From Candidatus Falkowbacteria bacterium (GTDB taxonomy: Bacteria; Patescibacteriota; Patescibacteriia; Patescibacteriales; UBA12465), in assembly GCA_037137655.1 (NCBI GenBank), contig JBAXJX010000001.1, forward strand, positions 161,188 to 225,187: DNA of 64,000 bases. The letters run 5' to 3'. Positions 1 to 8,887 of this stretch are shown here, one piece after another; the first letter of the stretch is position 1; the number at the start of each line of letters is the position of its first letter. Made by a program: the position numbers and the translations under genes. The notes beneath the pieces were generated by a model that was not told where the DNA came from, ran no database searches, and saw nothing but the letters and a program-made list of their open reading frames with translations.

Positions 1-108
1 GAAGATAAAAATTTATCATTGGCCCGTTTGGCCTTGATTAAAAAAACAGCGGATACTATAAAGTCTGGTTTAAATCTTTTAGGTGTTGAGACTTTAGCAA
101 TTATGTAA
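1..108 (+). CDS. argS: arginyl-tRNA synthetase, C-terminal fragment (gene runs off the 5' edge)
   Basis: Frame-1 ORF open from base 1. It ends ...SLARLALIKKTADTIKSGLNLLGVETLAIM* (stop 106-108). The R-x-AL...GL.LLG....M* ending with a terminal Met is the usual ArgRS C-terminus. Only 35 codons are visible. Confidence 0.55.
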   Translation, partial: EDKNLSLARLALIKKTADTIKSGLNLLGVETLAIM

Positions 109-132
109 TTAATTAAAATAACCAATAATCTT

Positions 133-534
133 ATGCTTATTAAATGGGATGAATTCAATTCGGTTAACGTTAAAGAGATTGACGGGCAACATAAAATTTT
201 AGTATCTGTTATTAATCGTTTGGACGATGCTCGAGTTCGCAACGATCTTGAGGATATTAAAAACCTGTTTACTGAGTTATTGGATTATGCTGACTTTCAT
301 TTTGCAACTGAAGAAAAATATTTTGCTAAATTTAAATATCCAGCCACCGAAAGTCATGAAGCAGAACACGCTGTTTACAGAGAAAAGATTGGCGCCTTTA
401 ACGAGCGCTATAAAACTGAGGGTGCTGAAGTGATTCCAGAAATTTTAGCTTTTTTGCGCGATTGGTGGATAATGCATATTAACACTTCAGATGCCAACTA
501 CACTGATTTTTTTAATGAAAACGGTCTATATTAA
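133..534 (+). CDS. hemerythrin-like metal-binding protein (bacteriohemerythrin family), copy 1
   Basis: 133 aa. Hemerythrin ligand pattern: W..F.SV.V.EIDGQHK, DFHF.TEE, SHEAEH, WWIMHINTSD..Y. Confidence 0.8.
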   Translation: MLIKWDEFNSVNVKEIDGQHKILVSVINRLDDARVRNDLEDIKNLFTELLDYADFHFATEEKYFAKFKYPATESHEAEHAVYREKIGAFNERYKTEGAEVIPEILAFLRDWWIMHINTSDANYTDFFNENGLY

Positions 535-564
535 TTTTAATAAATATATTAATATCCCAAAGCT

Positions 565-966
565 ATGCTTATTAATTGGAGCGAGATAAACTCTGTCGGC
601 GTACGCGAATTAGATGAACAACATAAAAAGCTCGTAGAATTGATAAATGAATTGTCACAAATGATTCATACTCTTGGCAATAATGAGGTATTAGCTAAAT
701 TCGTGGAATTAAAAAGATTGGGTGATGAGCATTGTGCGGCTGAGGAGCGATATTTTGAGATTTTTAATTATCCGGAAAAAGAAATTCATAAAATAGAGCA
801 TTCTTTGTATACTGGAAAAATTGAAGAATATGCTAAACGATATTTTGCTGGTGATCCGAAAGTGATTGAAGAGGCTTTGGAGTTCTCGCGTAAATGGTGG
901 TTAGAACATATTAATACGATTGATCATCGTTATACAAAGTATTTTAATGAACACGGTTTGTACTAA
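565..966 (+). CDS. hemerythrin-like metal-binding protein, copy 2 (tandem paralog)
   Basis: Also 133 aa and collinear with copy 1 (MLI.W.E.NSV.V.E.D.QHK.LV..IN.L ... WW..HINT.D..YT..FNE.GLY). The His/Glu/Asp ligand positions are retained. Confidence 0.8.
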   Translation: MLINWSEINSVGVRELDEQHKKLVELINELSQMIHTLGNNEVLAKFVELKRLGDEHCAAEERYFEIFNYPEKEIHKIEHSLYTGKIEEYAKRYFAGDPKVIEEALEFSRKWWLEHINTIDHRYTKYFNEHGLY

Positions 967-1060
967 ATTTTATAAAAGCGCACTATTGACTTTTGCGCTT
1001 TTTTATTATATAATTTTATATTAAATAAATTTGATGTTTAACAATTAAATAGAAGGGGAA

Positions 1061-1714
1061 ATGGTAAAAATGGGATCCAGTAACGGGATTGGGAAAAACA
1101 GATGTGACATGAATTCTAAGTGTTGCTGTCCAATCTCTAACAAGCACTGTAAGGCTCTTTCGAGCTCTAAATTTGGTCAAAGTGTTGATTGTCTTAGTCG
1201 TGATTATGTCATGACTGATCATCACATTGAACCAACATCAAGAGGCGGAAATAACAGTAAAGAAAATAAATGTAATGTGATTAAGAGACTACACAGGAAG
1301 TATCATCATCTATTTGGCAATAAATTGCCCAGTGAGATATTGTATTTTTTAGAAAATACCTTTTGGGATGGTCAAAGATTTTGGATTGATGGTTATCTTC
1401 GAATTCTACCATCTTATAATTTTGATCGAAACGAATTGCTGAATCAGATTAAGCTTACTATTTCCACAACGAAAGTTAAGTGTTCGTGCCCGATAAGTAA
1501 TAGCTCCTGTCGCGTTTTATGGAAATATCGTCATCGTAAAGGCGTAATTGAAGTTGATAGACAACGTGAGGCTTATAATGAACTTTTTGGTGATATGAAC
1601 CCTACGGAAATTCTGGCTTTTATTGAAAAAACTTTCTGGAATAGGCAAAAGTGGCGTATTCAAAAATATGCACTAACTCACAGTATTGAATTCAGTGAAA
1701 AAAAAGTTGGATAA
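1061..1714 (+). CDS. hypothetical protein with an internal duplication. The first half has an HNH-nuclease-like motif and the second half is degenerate
   Basis: Two repeats share C-x-CPISN-x2-C ... (Y/H)..LFG...P.EIL.F.E.TFW..Q.W.I..Y. Repeat 1 also carries DHHIEPTSRGGNNSKENKCNVIKRLHRKYHH (an HHIxPxxxGG...N...H...H HNH-like core). A purine-rich GAAGGGGA lies upstream. The start could be the second ATG at 1070. Confidence 0.55.
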   Translation: MVKMGSSNGIGKNRCDMNSKCCCPISNKHCKALSSSKFGQSVDCLSRDYVMTDHHIEPTSRGGNNSKENKCNVIKRLHRKYHHLFGNKLPSEILYFLENTFWDGQRFWIDGYLRILPSYNFDRNELLNQIKLTISTTKVKCSCPISNSSCRVLWKYRHRKGVIEVDRQREAYNELFGDMNPTEILAFIEKTFWNRQKWRIQKYALTHSIEFSEKKVG

Positions 1715-1722
1715 AAAAGCAA

Positions 1723-1749
1723 AAGAGGACTTAAAAATCCTCTTTTTTA
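1723..1749 (+). terminator. rho-independent terminator
   Basis: aagagga-cttaaaaa-tcctctt hairpin followed by a T-run, 9 nt after the stop at 1714. Confidence 0.75.
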
Positions 1750-1763
1750 TTTGCCAAATTAAC

Positions 1764-1792
1764 TTGATTTTTTGCCTAATTAGTGCTATAAT
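1764..1792 (+). promoter_or_regulatory. sigma70-type promoter with extended -10 upstream of holB
   Basis: ttgatt (1764-1769), 17 nt spacer, then tgcTATAAT (1784-1792). Confidence 0.55.
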
Positions 1793-1878
1793 TCAATTAT
1801 TAAAATAAAAATATTACTAAAAAAGATACTGTACAATTTATTTGGCCATTAGTCGGTAATCAAGCGGCGCTTAATTTT

Positions 1879-2811
1879 TTGGATAAAAGTTATGCTCATG
1901 ACAAGATTGCTCAGACTTATATTTTTAGTGGGGCTGATTCTCTGGGGAAGAGCTTGGTGGCGCAGTGTTTGGCTGGTCGCTTGATTTTGGCTGATTTTAA
2001 AGCTGATGTTTTACATCCTGAGCTCGATTTGGAAAAACTAATATCTTCTGGTGATTGCCATATCGTGGAACGTTTAGAAGGCAAAAAAAATATTTCAGTC
2101 GATCAGATTCGCGACTTTATTAATATTTTAGGAATGGGAGCCTTTGCGGGAAACCGTAAAGTTGGTATAATTAAAGCAGCTGAGACTTTAAGTTTAGAAG
2201 CAGCTAATTCTTTGTTAAAATTACTAGAAGAGCCAAAATCTGGTGTGGTTTTAATCCTGCTAACGTCTTCCTTGGATAATATTTTGCCAACCATTCTTTC
2301 ACGCAGCCAAGTGCTTAATTTTTTTCCTGTGGAAACAAAATTGATCAGAGATTTTTTACAAAATAATCTTGGTGCGACCTTGGCCTTAGCTAATGATTTA
2401 GCGGCGCTTTCGGGTGGGCGTCCAGGACGAGCAATTGAATTTTTCCGGGACAAGGAGTTTTATGAAGCTTACTTGCGTCAAGCCCAGGTGTTCATTAATT
2501 TTTTACAGAGCGATTTAGCGGAACGCTTAAAAGATGTGGCCAGTTTATTCGACGGTGAAGAAGCGGTGACTAAAGCCAAACAGATAATTGATATTTGGGA
2601 GTTAGTGGCGCGTGATTTGGTTTTATTATCTTTGAATAATAATGATTTGGTGACGCTGCATAATTTTTTACCGGAACTTAAAAATTTAGTTTTAAAATTA
2701 GAATTGAACAGAATAAATAGTTTTTTCCCAGTTTTCAAAAAGGCCAAGACTTATCTAGCGGCCAATGTGACACCTAAAAATGTTTTAGAATATATTGCGA
2801 TAAATATTTAA
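1879..2811 (+). CDS. holB: DNA polymerase III delta' subunit (clamp-loader AAA+). The true start is probably upstream of the TTG at 1879
   Basis: Motifs: QTYIFSGADSLGKS (P-loop-like), LLKLLEEPKSGVVLILLT, LPTILSRSQVLNFFP (SRC motif region). The same frame is open back to the stop at 1801-1803. It encodes ...FIWPLVGNQAALNFL, which looks like the conserved HolB N-terminus. Confidence 0.8.
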   Translation: MDKSYAHDKIAQTYIFSGADSLGKSLVAQCLAGRLILADFKADVLHPELDLEKLISSGDCHIVERLEGKKNISVDQIRDFINILGMGAFAGNRKVGIIKAAETLSLEAANSLLKLLEEPKSGVVLILLTSSLDNILPTILSRSQVLNFFPVETKLIRDFLQNNLGATLALANDLAALSGGRPGRAIEFFRDKEFYEAYLRQAQVFINFLQSDLAERLKDVASLFDGEEAVTKAKQIIDIWELVARDLVLLSLNNNDLVTLHNFLPELKNLVLKLELNRINSFFPVFKKAKTYLAANVTPKNVLEYIAINI

Positions 2812-2820
2812 TTAAAAAAT

Positions 2821-3942
2821 ATGTTTAACAAAAAAGCGAAGATTTTACTAGTGATTTTACCGGCTTTATTTTTGGCTGGTTGCGGCGGTATTAATATTCA
2901 AACTAATACTTCCACTAAAACCTCTAATGATTTGGCGGGTGTTTTTGTGTCACCAAACAAAGGAGAAGCTTTCAAATATATGTCCGCCAAACCATCGGCT
3001 TATGGTAACCCCGGGTCGATCAGTGGTGTTAATGTTAATGAGTTAAAAGCTGATCCAAGTGACAATGCAGCGATTTATTTGGCGACAGAAGAAAAAGGTT
3101 TGTTTTATACTTACAATGTTAACAATGGTTGGAATGAGGTTTTGAGTTTACCCCAAAAAACCATTGCCGATGTCGCGGTTGATGCACTGGACAAGTGTAA
3201 TATCTACGCGGCGATTGAAAATAAATTATACAAGAGTAGTGATTGTGCTCGTACTTGGAGTGAAATTTATGTTGATAGCAATCCAGCTGTAACTGTTAAT
3301 GCTGTGGCCGTTGATCATTATAATAATAAGAGCGTTTACCTTGGAACTTCACGTGGTGAGGTTATGAAGAGTTTGGATTATGGCCGCAGTTGGAAAACTA
3401 TTCAACGTCTAACTGACGGTGTGGCTAAAATTTTCATTGCTCCTAATGATAGCCGTGTGGTTTATGTCGCCTCATCTAAAAATGGTTTGTTCCGTTTTAA
3501 TTCTAGCGATTCGATGAACCTTAATGATCTTTCTAATTATCAAAATAAATTTGATGGTAAAAATTGGCTAGACTTGAACGCTTCACTAAAAGATTATAAT
3601 TTGGGCTTTAATTTTAAAGGTTTGGTTTTTTCTGATTCCGATTCATCAATGTTTTTAGCCGGCGAAAAGATATTGTTAAAATCAAGCGACGGTGGCGCAA
3701 CTTGGACTAAGATAAATTTAGTGACTCCAGAAAGTGAAACTAAAATTAATGCGATTGCTGTTAGCCCAAAGAATTCTAAAGAGATTTATTATGTAACTGA
3801 TACGACGTTCTATAAGTCAGTTGATGGTGGTAACACTTGGATTACTAAAGCTTTGCCAACATCGCTAGCTGGCAGCTCGCTATTGATAGATTCGAAAGAT
3901 ACTAATATAATCTATATGGGTATTAAAAAAATTAAGAAATAA
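2821..3942 (+). CDS. lipoprotein with BNR/Asp-box beta-propeller repeats (Ycf48/sialidase-like fold)
   Basis: Signal peptide with lipobox LFLAGC. Repeated S-x-D-x-G-x-T/S-W motifs (SSDCARTWSEI, SLDYGRSWKTI, SSDGGATWTKI, SVDGGNTWITK). Confidence 0.7.
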   Translation: MFNKKAKILLVILPALFLAGCGGINIQTNTSTKTSNDLAGVFVSPNKGEAFKYMSAKPSAYGNPGSISGVNVNELKADPSDNAAIYLATEEKGLFYTYNVNNGWNEVLSLPQKTIADVAVDALDKCNIYAAIENKLYKSSDCARTWSEIYVDSNPAVTVNAVAVDHYNNKSVYLGTSRGEVMKSLDYGRSWKTIQRLTDGVAKIFIAPNDSRVVYVASSKNGLFRFNSSDSMNLNDLSNYQNKFDGKNWLDLNASLKDYNLGFNFKGLVFSDSDSSMFLAGEKILLKSSDGGATWTKINLVTPESETKINAIAVSPKNSKEIYYVTDTTFYKSVDGGNTWITKALPTSLAGSSLLIDSKDTNIIYMGIKKIKK

Positions 3943-3955
3943 TAATAACAAAACT

Positions 3956-4510
3956 ATGAACAATTATATTCAAGCTAAGCAAGAGGATATTGCTAGTGCA
4001 ATCGAACATTTTAAAAAAGACCTAGCGACTTTGCGTACTGGTCGGGCTAATCCAGTTATTTTTGATGGTGTGAGCGTTGAAGCTTACGGCGTGCATACAC
4101 CCCTTAATGGTTTGGCTAATGTAGCTGTGGCTGATTCTCGCAGTATGACAATTACACCTTGGGATAAAAGTGTGGGTAAAGATATTGAAAAAGCTTTGGT
4201 TGCAGCTAACCTTGGAGTTGGTATTATTAATGAAGGTGATAAAATTAGAATCACAATTCCAGCGATGACTGAGGAAAACCGCAAGGATTTGGTGAAAAAA
4301 TGTAATGAAAAAATGGAAAAAGCAAAAATCGCTTTACGCCAAATTCGTGATGAAATTAAAACTGAAATCGAAGCCGGTAAAGAAGCTCACGATATTAATG
4401 AAGATATTATGTTCCGTTACTTAAAGGAATTAGATGAAGAAATTTCATCTCGCAACGAAGAAGTTAAAGAATTGCGCGACAAGAAAGAAGCGGAAATAAT
4501 GGAGATTTAA
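3956..4510 (+). CDS. frr: ribosome recycling factor
   Basis: 184 aa. Motifs: LRTGRANPVIFDGVSVEAYG, ITPWD, IRITIPAMTEERRK-like, LRQIRDE. Confidence 0.9.
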   Translation: MNNYIQAKQEDIASAIEHFKKDLATLRTGRANPVIFDGVSVEAYGVHTPLNGLANVAVADSRSMTITPWDKSVGKDIEKALVAANLGVGIINEGDKIRITIPAMTEENRKDLVKKCNEKMEKAKIALRQIRDEIKTEIEAGKEAHDINEDIMFRYLKELDEEISSRNEEVKELRDKKEAEIMEI

Positions 4511-4521
4511 TCCCTAAATAA

Positions 4522-5652
4522 ATGATTTTTACAATTGTAGTATTTTTGCTGGTCTTATCTTTATTGGTTTTTGTGCATGAACTGGGTCATTTTTTGACAG
4601 CCAGAAAATTTGGTGTGGGTGCGAGTGAATTCGGTTTTGGTTTTCCACCACGCGTCATCGGATTTTATAAGGACCAGAATAATAAATGGAAAAAAGTAGT
4701 TGGCGGCAAAGAAGTGACTGACGCGAAAGATACGGTTTACTCCATTAATGCTATTCCACTTGGTGGTTTTGTTAAAATCAAGGGTGAGAATGGCGATGAT
4801 GCGAGTGATAAAGATAGTTTTGCTAGTCGTCCGATTTGGCAGAGATTTTTAATTCTAGCGGCTGGTGTAACAATGAACGTGATTTTAGCCATGGCTTTAT
4901 TATCTTTTGGTTACATGATTGGCTTGCCACATTCTAGTGAAAATTTGCCGAAGTCAGCAATCGTGACTGAATCTAATGTTCAAATTATGGACGTGGCTAA
5001 AGATTCTCCGGCGGCTAAAGCAGGAATTACTGCTGGCGATGCGATTTTGAAAGTTAATGGTCATGATGTAAAAAGTGAAACAGAAGTTCAAAGTTTAATT
5101 ACGGCCGCTGGGACTTCACAAATGATGATTGGTTTACAGCATCTTGGTCAATATAAAGATATTTATGTGACGCCAACTTGGAGTAAGGATTACAATAAAA
5201 ATATTGTCGGTATTTCCATGGCTTCGGCTTCAGTTGTGCGTTATCCATGGTACTTGGCATTTTGGTATGGATCAAAGGATGCGATTATTTATCTTTGGAT
5301 GATTATTGTTTCTTTCGGAGCTTTAATTGCTAGTTTGTTTGGCGGCGCTTCTATGGCTGGTCAGGTAGCTGGTCCGATTGGTATTGCTACTATTACCGGT
5401 CAGGCGGCCCGTATGGGTTTCTCGTATCTATTACAATTTGCAGCGCTCCTTTCCTTAAATCTAGCCGTTATCAACTTTATTCCGTTTCCAGCGCTTGATG
5501 GCGGTCGAGCCTTATTTTTACTATTTGAAAAGATTAAGGGTCGCCCAGTAAAAAGGGAACTTGAAACGGTGATGCATAACATTGGCTTTGCCTTGTTGAT
5601 GTTGTTGGTTTTGGTGGTGACTTTTAAAGATATTTTAAAATTTTTTAAATAA
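4522..5652 (+). CDS. rseP: RIP (site-2) zinc metalloprotease RseP
   Basis: HELGHF zinc motif in the first TM segment. Central PDZ-like segment (AAKAGITAGDAILKVNG). C-terminal NLAVINFIPFPALDGG motif. Confidence 0.88.
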   Translation: MIFTIVVFLLVLSLLVFVHELGHFLTARKFGVGASEFGFGFPPRVIGFYKDQNNKWKKVVGGKEVTDAKDTVYSINAIPLGGFVKIKGENGDDASDKDSFASRPIWQRFLILAAGVTMNVILAMALLSFGYMIGLPHSSENLPKSAIVTESNVQIMDVAKDSPAAKAGITAGDAILKVNGHDVKSETEVQSLITAAGTSQMMIGLQHLGQYKDIYVTPTWSKDYNKNIVGISMASASVVRYPWYLAFWYGSKDAIIYLWMIIVSFGALIASLFGGASMAGQVAGPIGIATITGQAARMGFSYLLQFAALLSLNLAVINFIPFPALDGGRALFLLFEKIKGRPVKRELETVMHNIGFALLMLLVLVVTFKDILKFFK

Positions 5653-5675
5653 TTTAATAAACTAATAAAAAAAGT

Positions 5676-5996
5676 ATGGATATTAAAATCAGAGCAATCC
5701 ATTTAGATTTAGATGACAAAGTTAAGGATTATGTCCAAGAAAAAATGGACATGTTGGAAAAATTTATCGATAGCACACCACTTAATTGTGATGTAATCTT
5801 GGAAAAAGTTGGTGGCGAACAACATAGCGGTAATATCTATCGCGCTGAAGTTAATTTAGAATTGCCACACATCATGTTGAGTGTCGAAAAAACAACTGAT
5901 GATATTGAAAAAGCGATTGATAAAGTAAAAGATCATTTGGCGGAAATGATTAAGAAACACAAAGAAAAATTGGCTGACAAACATAACCGCGCTTAA
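5676..5996 (+). CDS. hpf: ribosome hibernation promoting factor / RaiA family (short form)
   Basis: 106 aa. Begins MDIKIRAIHLDLDDKVKDYVQEKM, with the typical sigma-54 modulation protein/S30EA architecture. Confidence 0.75.
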   Translation: MDIKIRAIHLDLDDKVKDYVQEKMDMLEKFIDSTPLNCDVILEKVGGEQHSGNIYRAEVNLELPHIMLSVEKTTDDIEKAIDKVKDHLAEMIKKHKEKLADKHNRA

Positions 5997-6020
5997 TTGC
6001 ATTTACAACAAAAAGATAAA

Positions 6021-6052
6021 AGGAGATTCTAGTCTAGAATCTCCTTTTTGTT
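6021..6052 (+). terminator. rho-independent terminator after hpf
   Basis: aggagattct-agtct-agaatctcct perfect 10-bp stem followed by ttttt. Confidence 0.8.
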
Positions 6053-6145
6053 ATAATTTTTATTAATTTTTGTCAATATGTATTTTATTTTTTAATTGTA
6101 TTATACTGAATCCATAAAACTTAATTATTTTCTTAAATTAAACCT

Positions 6146-8872
6146 ATGGGAATATTAGCAAATATATTTGGCGACGCCAATAAAAAAGTAGTTGAATCCT
6201 TAAAACCAACTGTCCAAAAGATTAATGATTTAGAGGCCAGTATAAAACCGAAAAGCGATTCTGAACTTAAAGACGCTTCTTTGGCTTTGAAGGCTAAATT
6301 AGCCGGTAAGAGCATCGAAGAGCAGGCAACAATGTTAAATGACATCTTGCCAGAGGCTTATGCTTTGGTGCGAGAAGCGGCTTCACGTATCTTAGGACAA
6401 CGTCACTATGATGTGCAGCTCGTTGGTGGTATTATTTTGCACCGTGGTCAAATTGCCGAAATGAAAACCGGTGAAGGTAAAACTTTGGTGGCAACTGCAC
6501 CGTTATATTTAAATGCTTTGGCTGGTCGTGGTGTCCACTTAGTGACCGTGAATGATTATTTGTCACGTGTTGGTGCTGGTTGGATGGCCCCGGTTTATTA
6601 TGCCTTAGGATTAACGACGAGTGTTATTGTTCATGACGCGGCTTTTGCTTATGATCCGGAATACATAGACGATACTCAATTTGATGATCGCTTGAAAAAT
6701 TTCAAAAAGATTTCTCGCCAAGAAGCTTATGCTTGTGATATTACTTACGGTACAAATAATGAATTTGGTTTTGATTATTTGCGTGACAATATGGTTTCAG
6801 AATTACCGCAAATGGCGCAACGAGAATTTTATTATGCGATTGTCGATGAAATCGATTCGATTTTAATTGATGAGGCGCGGACACCACTTATTATTTCTGG
6901 TGCGGCTGAAAAATCAACTGACAAATATTTTAAATTTGCCGGACTGGTTAGTCGCTTAGTAGAAAATGAAGATTATAATGTTGATGAAAAAATGCGCGCC
7001 GCAACACTAACTGAAGCTGGTATTGCTAAAATGGAAAAATGGTTGGGCGTGGATAATATTTATATTGAAGCTGGTATCAGAGAAGTGCATCACATTGAAC
7101 AAGCTTTAAAAGCTCACGTCTTGTTTAAAAAAGATCGCGATTACGTGGTAAAAGACGGGGAGATTGTGATCGTGGATGAATTTACTGGCCGTTTAATGCC
7201 GGGTCGTCGTTATAGTGAAGGTTTGCATCAATCCATTGAGGCGAAAGAAAATGTGGAAGTGCAACGAGAGTCATTAACACTAGCGACCGTTACTTTTCAA
7301 AATTATTTCCGCATGTACAAAAAGTTGTCCGGTATGACTGGAACAGCTGTCACTGAAGCGGAAGAATTTCATAAAATTTATAACTTAGAAACAATTGTTA
7401 TTCCAACTAATCGCCCAATGGTGCGTGAGGATAATCAAGATTTAATTTATCGCAGCGAGGAAGGAAAAATTCAAGCGGTAATTGCCGACACTAAAGAACG
7501 TCACGCGCTTGGCCAACCAGTTTTAATTGGTACAATTTCGATTGAACAAAATGAAGTTTTGGCTGATCGTATGGAACGTGAAGGTTTGCGTCCAAATGTG
7601 TTAAACGCTAAAAACCATTTTAGTGAAGCGGAAATTATTGCGCAGGCCGGAAAATTAGGCACCGTTACTTTAGCGACAAATATGGCTGGTCGCGGTGTGG
7701 ATATTATTTTAGGCGGCAGTCCTTCAACTAAAGAAGAGCAAGAAGCTGTTCGGGCTTTGGGTGGTTTACACGTGATTGGTACCGAACGTCATGAATCACG
7801 TCGTATTGATAATCAGTTGCGTGGTCGCGCTGGTCGTCAAGGTGATCCAGGTTCATCTCAATTTTATATTTCGACTGATGACGATTTGATGCGTATTTTT
7901 GGTGGTGATCGCATGAAAAAATTGATGGCGACTTTGAAAGTGCCAGAAGATATGCCGATTCAAAATAAGATGATTTCTAATTCGATTGAAGCCGCGCAGA
8001 AAAAAGTGGAAGGTAATAACTTTGATATCCGTAAACATTTAGTGGAATATGATGATGTCATTAACAAGCATCGTGAGGCGATTTATCGTAAGCGTCGTGA
8101 AATTTTGGAAATCGTGGAAGCGCAAAAAGAACTTAAAACTGAAACTGAAATCGATGCCTCAGCGAAGACTTTGTCGGACATTGTTTTAGCGATGGTGGCG
8201 GATGAAATTGCTTATGTGGTTAATTTTCATACCGCTGGAGAAAATGCTAGTGAATGGAATTTACAGGAAATTGCCGAGACAGTCAGAACTATTTTTAACG
8301 TTAAAGATATTAAAGATGAGATTGCGAAATTTAAAACTCGCGAAGAAATTATTAAATATATTGATGATTTAGCGAAGGCGCAATACGATGAAATGATTAA
8401 AGCGTTTAAAGCGGCTGGCTTTAATTTTTCCGATGTGGAAAAAGGAATTTTAATTCGTTCGATTGATACATTGTGGATTGAACATTTGGAATCAATTGAT
8501 TATTTGCGTCGTGGCATTGGTTTACGCAGTTACGGTCAACGTGATCCATTAGTGGAATATAAAAAAGAAGCCTACATGTTATATCGCGGTTTAAATGATG
8601 CGATTCAAAAACAAGTAGTTTACTCGATTTATAAAACAGCTGAAGCGGTTGATGGTTTTTCTGAAAGATCACTCGCGATGTTAGCGAATAACAACGAGGT
8701 GAAAGCAGTAACTTATCATGCTCCAGAAAAAACAATGACCGAAGAACACTCTCATAAAAATATTGATTTGGTCCACGAAAAAGCGAAAGATGAAGACGGC
8801 GAAAAAGTTGGTCGCAACGATCTTTGCCCTTGCGGTAGTGGGAAGAAATATAAGAAGTGCTGTGGCGCGTAA
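6146..8872 (+). CDS. secA: preprotein translocase ATPase SecA
   Basis: 908 aa. Motifs: MKTGEGKTLVA Walker A, DEIDSILIDEARTPLIISG, TNMAGRGVDI, C-terminal zinc finger CPCGSGKKYKKCCG. Confidence 0.97.
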   Translation: MGILANIFGDANKKVVESLKPTVQKINDLEASIKPKSDSELKDASLALKAKLAGKSIEEQATMLNDILPEAYALVREAASRILGQRHYDVQLVGGIILHRGQIAEMKTGEGKTLVATAPLYLNALAGRGVHLVTVNDYLSRVGAGWMAPVYYALGLTTSVIVHDAAFAYDPEYIDDTQFDDRLKNFKKISRQEAYACDITYGTNNEFGFDYLRDNMVSELPQMAQREFYYAIVDEIDSILIDEARTPLIISGAAEKSTDKYFKFAGLVSRLVENEDYNVDEKMRAATLTEAGIAKMEKWLGVDNIYIEAGIREVHHIEQALKAHVLFKKDRDYVVKDGEIVIVDEFTGRLMPGRRYSEGLHQSIEAKENVEVQRESLTLATVTFQNYFRMYKKLSGMTGTAVTEAEEFHKIYNLETIVIPTNRPMVREDNQDLIYRSEEGKIQAVIADTKERHALGQPVLIGTISIEQNEVLADRMEREGLRPNVLNAKNHFSEAEIIAQAGKLGTVTLATNMAGRGVDIILGGSPSTKEEQEAVRALGGLHVIGTERHESRRIDNQLRGRAGRQGDPGSSQFYISTDDDLMRIFGGDRMKKLMATLKVPEDMPIQNKMISNSIEAAQKKVEGNNFDIRKHLVEYDDVINKHREAIYRKRREILEIVEAQKELKTETEIDASAKTLSDIVLAMVADEIAYVVNFHTAGENASEWNLQEIAETVRTIFNVKDIKDEIAKFKTREEIIKYIDDLAKAQYDEMIKAFKAAGFNFSDVEKGILIRSIDTLWIEHLESIDYLRRGIGLRSYGQRDPLVEYKKEAYMLYRGLNDAIQKQVVYSIYKTAEAVDGFSERSLAMLANNNEVKAVTYHAPEKTMTEEHSHKNIDLVHEKAKDEDGEKVGRNDLCPCGSGKKYKKCCGA

Positions 8873-8887
8873 GTGTGAAGCACTTGT

